64,000 nt of DNA from an uncultured virus (IMG/VR IMGVR_UViG_3300028840_004051) (lineage: Duplodnaviria; Heunggongvirae; Uroviricota; Caudoviricetes): IMG/VR virus record IMGVR_UViG_3300028840_004051; one strand, written 5' to 3'. A program made the position numbers and the translations under genes. Of this stretch, positions 49,059 through 57,222 are shown one piece after another; positions within the stretch are counted from its first letter, which is position 1, and each line of letters begins with the position of its first letter. Under the pieces are notes generated by a model. It saw only the letters and a list, made by a program, of their open reading frames with translations, searched no databases and was not told the origin of the DNA.

Positions 49059-49694
49059 TCATTGTGTATATGTATCGAATATTGGAGAGAACCCTTTACC
49101 AAATTCACCAGCATTTGGATTCTCGGTAAAATCAATCAATTGTTCCATATCAGGAGCAAAGGCATTTACAGGTAGATTGCCAACTGGAAGGTTAGCGCTC
49201 GGCGATAAGACATACTGGGCAAAGATCGTATTAAACCAATCCAAATCCTCAGTATTATCTGCAATACTTTCACCAAGTCTCATCGTAAATTCAAATTCAA
49301 ATTGATACCAAAGCCAAGCCCTGTTTATTTCTATCACCCTCCCACCACGGTAATAAATTAGGCTCTCTGCTTGGTCCATCTTCCAGCCAAGTATAGCGTT
49401 AAATAATTCCTGCCTAAATGAGTACAAGGAATCATAAGCGGTAAGCCCTGTCTTATCTTTCTGAGAGGCGTCATTTTTAATGGCAGCGATGATAGCAAAC
49501 CGCTCTGTCACAACCTGATTAATATGGTTATCGTATTCATTCGGCGAGCAAGTCTCTCCCAATTGTATTACGAAAGCAACCTCTTCCCTTAGAGTGCCAT
49601 CAAGAGCCATAGCCAGCTCAGCAGCACCAGCAATCTTATTGCTGAATCTTGTATCTGCCAATCTAAGTTTAAGGACTACTGGGGCAATTTGCAT
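49059..49694 (-). CDS. tail terminator/completion protein
   Basis: position before sheath; AILGW, LWYQFEF. Confidence 0.65.
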   Translation of the reverse strand: MQIAPVVLKLRLADTRFSNKIAGAAELAMALDGTLREEVAFVIQLGETCSPNEYDNHINQVVTERFAIIAAIKNDASQKDKTGLTAYDSLYSFRQELFNAILGWKMDQAESLIYYRGGRVIEINRAWLWYQFEFEFTMRLGESIADNTEDLDWFNTIFAQYVLSPSANLPVGNLPVNAFAPDMEQLIDFTENPNAGEFGKGFSPIFDTYTQ

Positions 49695-49696
49695 AA

Positions 49697-50170
49697 TTAT
49701 AAATTTCTATCAAAGGGCTCAGTTACTGCATTAAATCCAACTATTCCTATCCGCTTTATAATATCATCCTGGTGCTCCTCAACCGCAGGCTGCAACCAGG
49801 GTCGCGGCTTCATTCTCTTCGTCCCTGTCTCAAGATATTTACCGTATGGTGCGCCACCATATGTACCAATCTCAACCTGCATATATTCAGTGTCATACAT
49901 TATACTTCTGGCTAATTCGCCGGTGTCTATAGCAGGTGGATTATAAGGGAGGGAAGGACGATGGCGAACTTTCGTCTTACCACTCGTATAATAATAGGAT
50001 GCCCGTTTGGTATTTCTCATGGATCTAAGAATTGTATTCCTAATGTCATTAGCTCCAATAGTTAATGTCTTTGTTATAGCATCAGGAAATTCATCAACTT
50101 GCTTTGCTAAATCTCTCCCTATCTTTGCAAGCTTCTTATTCAGACCTCTAAGCGCCTTGGAATCAATCAT
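49697..50170 (-). CDS. HK97 gp10-like neck protein
   Basis: PAIDTGELARSI, YLETGTKRMKPRPWLQPA. Confidence 0.85.
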   Translation of the reverse strand: MIDSKALRGLNKKLAKIGRDLAKQVDEFPDAITKTLTIGANDIRNTILRSMRNTKRASYYYTSGKTKVRHRPSLPYNPPAIDTGELARSIMYDTEYMQVEIGTYGGAPYGKYLETGTKRMKPRPWLQPAVEEHQDDIIKRIGIVGFNAVTEPFDRNL

Positions 50171-50616
50171 AGTGAAAACCCTGTACCACGCTGTTCAATC
50201 TCCTCCGCTGATATCTCAAAATACTCCCTTTGCTCTTTATGATCAACAATATCATGAATACGGAAAAGACGACCTTTCACCGTTGTACTCTGCTGCATGA
50301 ATAAAAAGTAATTAGATTTGATCATTATTAGATCTTCCATCGAATCAAATCCATCACCAAATGAATTCTTAAATTGTTTTCCAAGAGAGGCAATTGCCAT
50401 CCGCCTTACAATAAACTTATGAGTTGTACCTATCTCTGTCTGAACTCCTCTTACGTATTGGGCATACATTGACTCGCCAGCGGTTACTGGTTTTACACCC
50501 ATCCAGACAGTTAAAAGGGTATTAAAGCTGAAATCAAACCCACCATCATCATTCGCTTCCTGAACTGGCATACCAACTTGAACTCGCCATTTTAATTTTG
50601 GTATCAACCAGGTCAT
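50167..50616 (-). CDS. head closure/head-tail adaptor
   Basis: DDGG...W....THKFIVR...GRLFRI. Confidence 0.75.
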   Translation of the reverse strand: MTWLIPKLKWRVQVGMPVQEANDDGGFDFSFNTLLTVWMGVKPVTAGESMYAQYVRGVQTEIGTTHKFIVRRMAIASLGKQFKNSFGDGFDSMEDLIMIKSNYFLFMQQSTTVKGRLFRIHDIVDHKEQREYFEISAEEIEQRGTGFSL

Positions 50617-50619
50617 ACA

Positions 50620-51243
50620 TCAGTATCTCAACACTCTAAAGAGATCAAGAGCTTTTCTTGCTTCAGGTGGTGGATTGCTGGTATCAATCTGTCTATTCTC
50701 ATAGACAGAAGCGACCCATAACTTCAGCCCCATCCTTATAGGGCTTGGGACCTTTTGATCAAATGTCCCATATCCTGCATAATACTCAATTAAATAACCA
50801 CCATGATAACGGGTGGTATTGGTAGGAGCAGTGACACCGTTTTTTATAACAAGCTTACCTGGGACTGATTCAGTAATAGCATAATAGTTGTTTGAGCTAT
50901 ATTCAGTCTCAGTATCATCTTCATCAAGAGTTGCAACTTTGATAATTGACAACAATGGAGGACGCGGAAGATTAATAACCTCATCTGGCCAAAAGTCCAT
51001 TACCAGTCTGATTTTCTGCTTAATAAAAGCTCGACCAAGATAACTTTCAGCACTCTTCCTGACAACCTCTATAAAATCCTCGATAAGGCTATCTTCATCA
51101 TTACCATCTATTCTTGCAAACTCTTTGACATCAGCAACAGAGATAGGCTCTATGGAAGGCTCCTCAACAACCTTCCATAGCCTATTGCCATCATCAGGTT
51201 CGGGAGCTTTTAAAATGCTCCCACTCTTCAGCAAATCACCCAT
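50620..51243 (-). CDS. head-tail connector (gp6-like)
   Basis: EPISVADVK...RID...ED.LI, LPRPPL, YENR. Confidence 0.85.
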   Translation of the reverse strand: MGDLLKSGSILKAPEPDDGNRLWKVVEEPSIEPISVADVKEFARIDGNDEDSLIEDFIEVVRKSAESYLGRAFIKQKIRLVMDFWPDEVINLPRPPLLSIIKVATLDEDDTETEYSSNNYYAITESVPGKLVIKNGVTAPTNTTRYHGGYLIEYYAGYGTFDQKVPSPIRMGLKLWVASVYENRQIDTSNPPPEARKALDLFRVLRY

Positions 51244-51666
51244 TTACTTCCTCTTTTTCTTCAGTTCTTTCTTAATGCGGGTGATTTCCTCATCCGAAAG
51301 TCCTGAAGCAGGTGCCCTGGCATAGATGCCAATCTTCTTTGCAGTTTCGATGATATCTTTTGACGATACATCCAGTTCCTCTGCCAATTGATATACACGA
51401 ACAACAAAGGTCTTCTCATCCTCATCTTTATCAACTACTGGCTTTGGTACTGAGGCATTCTCTGGAGCTACATCAACCGCAGCATTCTGTGGGGCGGCTG
51501 ATACCGCCTTCCTTTTCCTTACCTCGACATGTTCAGCAGCCTTAATATTGATGAAGACATCTGCGAGTTTATCAGGGAGGTCGTATTCATAACCTCCCTG
51601 ATAGATACAAACACGCATACCGTCTGGGGAGCCTTCTATCGAATAATTCATTTTGACTTTTTTCAA
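51244..51666 (-). CDS. small head-region protein with C-terminal IF2-N-like domain
   Basis: VRVYQLAEELDVSSKDII...ASGLSDEE resembles translation initiation factor IF-2 N-terminal domain. Confidence 0.7.
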   Translation of the reverse strand: MKKVKMNYSIEGSPDGMRVCIYQGGYEYDLPDKLADVFINIKAAEHVEVRKRKAVSAAPQNAAVDVAPENASVPKPVVDKDEDEKTFVVRVYQLAEELDVSSKDIIETAKKIGIYARAPASGLSDEEITRIKKELKKKRK

Positions 51667-51679
51667 AACGCCTCCTTGA

Positions 51680-52189
51680 TTATTCGTCTATATCGCCAAA
51701 TTCACCAACGATGGCCCAAACATTATCAAGAGGAGCCACAAGATGGATACCACAATCAGAGGCGACTGACGCATGCATCTCAAATCCACTAATCGCCGTC
51801 CCATCAGAGCCAAGCAGAATACAACCAGAACAAGATACATCTATCTGAGTACTGGCTTCTGTAAATGTCCCTAACGAGTCGCCTCTAAGAAAGATCCAGA
51901 CATCTCGACCTGCCGAGCAGGATGTCAACCAAAATGACGCACTCACAACTGTTGAGTTTGCGTATATGGTTACCATCTTAACATTCTTTGGAAGGTTCTT
52001 TGTTGGTAAAACAGTGGCGGCTGCGGCAGGGGTAATTTCAACGGCTGTCTGATTACTGACAAGTAACTGCCTTGCATCTAAGCCAGTAACATCAGCGCCT
52101 GCGAATTCTAATACACCAGCCGATTGAACGACAAGTGCATTACCACCCCTCTCGTTATAAACTAAAGTCTGATACGTTTCATCAGGCAT
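51680..52189 (-). CDS. probable head decoration/fibre protein
   Basis: YQTLVYNERGG.ALVV.S.G; follows capsid genes. Confidence 0.5.
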   Translation of the reverse strand: MPDETYQTLVYNERGGNALVVQSAGVLEFAGADVTGLDARQLLVSNQTAVEITPAAAATVLPTKNLPKNVKMVTIYANSTVVSASFWLTSCSAGRDVWIFLRGDSLGTFTEASTQIDVSCSGCILLGSDGTAISGFEMHASVASDCGIHLVAPLDNVWAIVGEFGDIDE

Positions 52190-52213
52190 TTTATAAATCC
52201 TCCTAGCTTTTTA

Positions 52214-52256
52214 TAGGCTTAATGGAGAGCATAATATATCAGCCCTCCATAGCCTA
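52214..52256. other. intergenic stem-loop
   Basis: TAGGCT/AGCCTA and ATGGAG/CTCCAT stems. Confidence 0.4.
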
Positions 52257-52269
52257 CTTCTTTGGCTCA

Positions 52270-52848
52270 TTAAACAAGAACGCTTGCTGGCCAGTTGGCA
52301 GGTAAGCCAAGTACTGCAAGAGCATTCAGAGGCACATACGATATATTCGTCGATGCACTGATGACAATCCTGACGTATCTTTCCATCCCCTTGTAGCCAA
52401 TGACATGAGGATAACTATCGGTTACCATCTGCGCCTGGCTCGTTACCGAGATAGCAATATTGAGGATTTCACCGGAAGCCCCACCTGTCAAGGCGGGAAT
52501 GCTCAGCGGAAAGCTCGCTCTTGTCAAAGCATCCAGGGCCAACCAGCTTGCCATTGTATAGACTGAATACAAGCGCGGCAAATCAATACCAAACACATCA
52601 CTTGCAACACAGTCTTGCCATGCATCGATACCAGCCGCTGACTGACTTGCCTTCTCGATATATACATCCATCGGGTCCACGAAACTGGCAAGAGATATGA
52701 TACTATGCTGAATAACGATAGCACATGTCTCATATCCTTGAGTGTCGATTGTGGCGCTGGTAACAGCCGCAACACTGGGATCTGCATAATGTGGTTCGAT
52801 AATTTCAAAGAACTTGAAATTACTTCTACCGTCTCTACGTCCACCCAT
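52270..52848 (-). CDS. probable capsid decoration protein
   Basis: IDTQGYE...IGYKGMERYVR; directly after capsid gene. Confidence 0.6.
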   Translation of the reverse strand: MGGRRDGRSNFKFFEIIEPHYADPSVAAVTSATIDTQGYETCAIVIQHSIISLASFVDPMDVYIEKASQSAAGIDAWQDCVASDVFGIDLPRLYSVYTMASWLALDALTRASFPLSIPALTGGASGEILNIAISVTSQAQMVTDSYPHVIGYKGMERYVRIVISASTNISYVPLNALAVLGLPANWPASVLV

Positions 52849-52888
52849 GATTTATTCCTCCTTGGTGTGGTTTATTTTTTATTCAATA

Positions 52889-52919
52889 ATGAGAAGCATC
52901 ATTTAAAAATGCTTCTCAT
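52889..52919 (-). terminator. stem-loop after major capsid gene
   Basis: perfect 11-bp stem ATGAGAAGCAT/ATGCTTCTCAT; weak U tract. Confidence 0.45.
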
Positions 52920-52934
52920 CAAAGTTTTAATCTA

Positions 52935-54383
52935 TTAGACTGAGATTATACCAAGTTTAATTGCCTGAAAGTTAACGACATCGCCGCCAACTCTCTTCCT
53001 GGTATAAAACTCAACAAAGGGCTTCGCGGTATAAGGATCTCTTTGAACCGTGACACCCATACGATCAACGATAACATAAGCCTCTCGCCAATCAGCAAGA
53101 GCTACTGAAAGAGCACTTGCAGCGACGGTCGGCATTGTCGTTGACATTCTCACGGGTAGACCCAGAATGGTACTTCCTGCGGGGTCATCGGCCAATCCTG
53201 GTTTCCAAATATACTGCCCGTTGCCGTCTTTCAGATACATGGCATCGGCAACGGTCAATCTATTCATCAGCCAGGTTCCTCTGGTCAGAAAGTCTTCAAT
53301 CAAGCTATACTTGACCGCGATGAAACCATCGGCAGTTAAAGCGGTTGCATTTTGCATCGCCACCTGCTCAACCTGACCATAATTGACACCATCGCCATAA
53401 GACTCAAAACCTCTCGGTTGATTGACGCCATCGCCGGTTACAAAAGCAGCCCCTTCCCCTCGCAAGAATCTCGTAGAAACTTTATCAGCCAACCAATTTT
53501 CGACGTTGATCCCACTATCTTCCAGTAGGGTCATCGTTGCCCTCGGTTTAGCATAAAGGGTGTGAACTGGAATTCTCTTTTTAAACCATTGGGGAGTAGC
53601 GGTTTCACTGGTTGTCTCAGTTTCACCTTCCCAACCGTAACCTGCTTGATCCCAGTCAACCATCCATTCCAATGCTCCGGTTGTGATTGTTTCAAGAGAA
53701 GCAAGTTGACGGATTGGATCGGACTCAAACAACCTGGTGATAATACGGTTGCTGGTTGCAGGGGTGACGGTATAGCCACCATCTGGATCGATGCCAACTG
53801 AAAGGGCTTTCATGTCTTCGGGACTGAGAAATTTCTCATCCTTGCGGAAGAAGGTTTCAAAAGCCTCCTTATATGCAGAATAAGCATCAACATCAACCTC
53901 CATAGATTTCGCCCGGTTCCACGTGGCACCTTTGCCGCTTTTATCACGGACTGCCATCGCATGGATCATAAAAGACTTGGCCTCATTATAGAAGGTAGCG
54001 GAAGCTTTTTCTTCATCTCTCTGCTCAGCACCTTTCCTTCTCTTAATGGTGGTCTCGAAGGCATCCAGTCGCTCATTGAATTTCTCAACATCAGACTTCA
54101 TCTGAGCTTCAGCTTGATCAAAAGCAGCCTGTCTTGTGGTGATATCCTCTGTAAGCTTCGTCAGCTTTTCTTTTGTCAGAGCATCGGCTTCGGTAATATC
54201 CTTCCCTTTTACCTGCAAACCGTCAATGATCTTCTTCAGCTCTTCATGACCTTTGCGCAATTCGTCATAGCTATTCTTATGATTCTCACCGAGCTTTTTA
54301 ATCTCATCTTGAACAGCCTTTACGACTTCTGGCTCCGGTGTTTGCTGACTGCGTCCATCAGATTCTTTGACTTCGTAAGCCAT
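52935..54383 (-). CDS. HK97-family major capsid protein
   Basis: coiled-coil delta domain, DGGYTV, LLEDS, GDGVNQPRG, LKDGNGQYIW, RVGG. Confidence 0.95.
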   Translation of the reverse strand: MAYEVKESDGRSQQTPEPEVVKAVQDEIKKLGENHKNSYDELRKGHEELKKIIDGLQVKGKDITEADALTKEKLTKLTEDITTRQAAFDQAEAQMKSDVEKFNERLDAFETTIKRRKGAEQRDEEKASATFYNEAKSFMIHAMAVRDKSGKGATWNRAKSMEVDVDAYSAYKEAFETFFRKDEKFLSPEDMKALSVGIDPDGGYTVTPATSNRIITRLFESDPIRQLASLETITTGALEWMVDWDQAGYGWEGETETTSETATPQWFKKRIPVHTLYAKPRATMTLLEDSGINVENWLADKVSTRFLRGEGAAFVTGDGVNQPRGFESYGDGVNYGQVEQVAMQNATALTADGFIAVKYSLIEDFLTRGTWLMNRLTVADAMYLKDGNGQYIWKPGLADDPAGSTILGLPVRMSTTMPTVAASALSVALADWREAYVIVDRMGVTVQRDPYTAKPFVEFYTRKRVGGDVVNFQAIKLGIISV

Positions 54384-54406
54384 ATCAAATTCTCCTTTGT
54401 AAAGTA

Positions 54407-55234
54407 TTAACTATTGACTTGTTTCAAAGTTTTTAGAATCTCAAGCATCCCACTTGAATCTTCCTCATCTAAGTGGCTACTTTGATAGCCTGCATTTGCC
54501 TGATTTAGAATACGCAGCACCTCTGATAAGCCAGTAGCACCGCTCATCCTTCCCTCATCTGCCTCCCGCAGATAGGGTTTGTAGAGTTTAACCAGAAATT
54601 GAGCGAAGCTTCGTGAACAACCAGCATCCCGCAGGCTTCTTTCAAGCTCTCTCTCGGTTCCAGCTTCTTCAAATAGTTTCGGGTTTAATGTTTTCACTGT
54701 TTCAATTCTTGCATTTATATTAGCTGGGAATGTTACGATACTTAATTCCCATAAATCAATTTCTTTTAATAGTCGCGTACCTTTTTCTTTGCCGGGCTCG
54801 TGATCAACTACATCATAACCAATCGATAGACCAAAGCCAAATGACTTTGATTCAAACCCAAGCTTCATCGTCTCATAGACATCCTTCCCAAGTGATGTCC
54901 GCATAGCCAGTTTACCGACAGATCGCAGCCCTCTTGAATCTTCAGCCAGCTCAGTCCATACGCCTGGGATCTGATCTGACTTATGTTGCCATAGCATTGG
55001 GATTCCGTTGCCATTCCTGCCACCCTTTGCAAGCGATTTGACATAAGCGCCCTTTGCGACAATATCACCATGAGCATCAGGAAGGCCACCAAATGTCGAA
55101 CCATATCCTCGAAATATACCATCTTCCTCGATTTCCTTTACTTCGAATGGAAATGCGAGAAAGCTTTTATTCTGCCGGCTATCTTTTTTATTCATATTTG
55201 ATTCTCCATCACGATTGCCTCTCCCATAAAACAA
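54407..55234 (-). CDS. HK97-family prohead protease
   Basis: FRGYGSTF, MLWQH, GLSIGY, LWELSIVTFPAN. Confidence 0.93.
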   Translation of the reverse strand: MFYGRGNRDGESNMNKKDSRQNKSFLAFPFEVKEIEEDGIFRGYGSTFGGLPDAHGDIVAKGAYVKSLAKGGRNGNGIPMLWQHKSDQIPGVWTELAEDSRGLRSVGKLAMRTSLGKDVYETMKLGFESKSFGFGLSIGYDVVDHEPGKEKGTRLLKEIDLWELSIVTFPANINARIETVKTLNPKLFEEAGTERELERSLRDAGCSRSFAQFLVKLYKPYLREADEGRMSGATGLSEVLRILNQANAGYQSSHLDEEDSSGMLEILKTLKQVNS

Positions 55235-55285
55235 TATCCTTATATAAAATTATAATTTATTTTTTCCAGAAAAAAAAGTAAAAAA

Positions 55286-55417
55286 TTATTCTCTATCTCC
55301 CTCAGGATCTTCTGAGTCATCATCTTCTAAAGTAAATTGGATTATTTTCCCATCCTTATCAACAAATTCAATGGAATCTATCCAATTATTGAACTCATCC
55401 TCATTATCTAATATCAT
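55286..55417 (-). CDS. 43-aa acidic micro-protein (not in ORF track)
   Basis: ATGA-coupled to MuF-topo stop; MILDNEDEFNNWIDSIEFVDKDGKIIQFTLEDDDSEDPEGDRE. Confidence 0.6.
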   Translation of the reverse strand: MILDNEDEFNNWIDSIEFVDKDGKIIQFTLEDDDSEDPEGDRE

Positions 55418-57222
55418 TTTAAACCGCCTATAAAATCCCACACCATTGGATCAATGTAAGAATTACGTGCCATTGTTGGTGTATTATGAAGAAATCCACT
55501 TACTCTTTCAGAGACCTCTTTAATTATTCTTTTCTTCATTCTTTTATCTATTTTCTGTCCAGCATACTTTTTTAATTCATCATAAGCAATCCTTGTGCCA
55601 TGATACGTTCTAAAATCTTTAATCGTATATTTCTTACCATCTGCTAATTCTTTCAAATATTTATTCAGCTTACTTGCCGTTATATCAGGAAATAATTTTT
55701 CCCCAGGTTTAGTATTTATTTTTCTTTCTTTGAGCCATTTTGATAATATATTATCTTTCAATCTATAACTCACAGGGATACCTTCTTTCGCAATAAAATT
55801 TAATTTAATTAAGTCGCCTTTTATTTCAATATGCTCATGTCGTAGAGTAGTTAGTCCATATGCTTTTTTCTTAGCTCTAAAATCTCTAGATGATCCTGCT
55901 CGAATAGCTGTCTTATTTTCAAGTTCTAATAAATAAGCCCTACCATCACCAGCTTTCATACCCTCTTTAATTTTATCTCTAATACCAACAAGATCATTTT
56001 TAAAAGATTTAATACGATTAAATTTTTTCCTTGCAGCCTCTTCAATATGTTCCGCTGAATATCTATATTGCCACCTGCCTGCTTTATCCAAACCTATGGC
56101 TTGTATCTTAGATTTTAAATCAGTTGATACTACTACATTTCGCCATGCGGGAGGCAAGCGCATTTTATTTAATCTTTCAAACTCTTCAGTAGATACTTCC
56201 TTCCCTTTTAAAAACCATTTTCCTTCATCATTCCTTACATAATCTTCACATGATTGTGGAACCTTCTTAAACTCAATTATAAATACTCCCTTCCATTCTA
56301 CTAAACAATTATCCATCTTCCCAATTATATTCATCGGTGCATTAGAAGAAGTAATAGGCGGCTCATAAGGCTTAACAGGCTGAGTACTTCTTACGGTATG
56401 ATAAAGCACAACACAACGGCAATTTACAATATTCCCAGGGCTACCAGAGGGATCACCGGGATAATCCAAAGCCTCTCCAGTCCTTGTAAACTTAGCATCC
56501 ATCGCAACCCGCTCACCATCTGCCGCCCTGTGCGCTATTCTTGTTCTATCATCAAGAGCTGACATCCACTCCTTTTCCATCTCTATTCTTGTGCTTCTAA
56601 CGGCTGCTTGAACTGATTTAACACCAGCGGTGTGAGTCTCTGTCCTTGCTATCCTAAGAGCTCTAACAGGATTCGTAACCCTACTATTACTCCTAATCTC
56701 TTTCGCTATCTCTTTATGGGATATCCCCTCTCCCATCCCTTTTTGAATAATACCGATAATATTCTTTTTTGTTGTCTTATGAAGACGGCGGATCTTTGAA
56801 TGCTCTGCTTGATACACCATCCACCGATCCATCTCTCCCCAGAATTCATCCTTTGGGGTTTTAGTGGCGGAAGGCGAAACATCAGCTTCATTAAACCATA
56901 AACTTCTCCCTTTTTCTTCTGCAAGTCTATTAAATGTTGACTTCAGGGATATATCCACCGCATCATATACCTTTTTAAGGAATACTTTCGCCACCCGTCG
57001 ATAGTGATTTTTAAGAGTCTCTACCATCCTTCTATACTCACTATCAACCGCGAGATCGATACCAGTTAGTAAACCCTGCTCAACAAACTTTGCTGCATTA
57101 AGATACTGACGACCAAGGATAGGCCTAAGCTCTCTTGCATAGGTATTCTCAAGTGGCTGCATTATTCGAGTCATTTCAAACAGGAAAGCCCTGCGAGCTC
57201 TTCTATTTGTAATATTAATCAT
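55414..57222 (-). CDS. MuF (SPP1 gp7-like) minor head protein fused to DNA topoisomerase IB domain
   Basis: RIARTE, KEW...DDRTR..H, NCRC; then PPAW, GRWQYRY, IRAG, YGLTTL, KDFRT, HNTP...SYIDP. Confidence 0.88.
   Translation of the reverse strand: MINITNRRARRAFLFEMTRIMQPLENTYARELRPILGRQYLNAAKFVEQGLLTGIDLAVDSEYRRMVETLKNHYRRVAKVFLKKVYDAVDISLKSTFNRLAEEKGRSLWFNEADVSPSATKTPKDEFWGEMDRWMVYQAEHSKIRRLHKTTKKNIIGIIQKGMGEGISHKEIAKEIRSNSRVTNPVRALRIARTETHTAGVKSVQAAVRSTRIEMEKEWMSALDDRTRIAHRAADGERVAMDAKFTRTGEALDYPGDPSGSPGNIVNCRCVVLYHTVRSTQPVKPYEPPITSSNAPMNIIGKMDNCLVEWKGVFIIEFKKVPQSCEDYVRNDEGKWFLKGKEVSTEEFERLNKMRLPPAWRNVVVSTDLKSKIQAIGLDKAGRWQYRYSAEHIEEAARKKFNRIKSFKNDLVGIRDKIKEGMKAGDGRAYLLELENKTAIRAGSSRDFRAKKKAYGLTTLRHEHIEIKGDLIKLNFIAKEGIPVSYRLKDNILSKWLKERKINTKPGEKLFPDITASKLNKYLKELADGKKYTIKDFRTYHGTRIAYDELKKYAGQKIDKRMKKRIIKEVSERVSGFLHNTPTMARNSYIDPMVWDFIGGLK

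Noticed and set aside
52212..52230. Fifth copy of the dispersed repeat (TATAGGCTTAATGGAGAGC)
   Set aside because: Similarity is short and gapped, and it is explained by its own local hairpin
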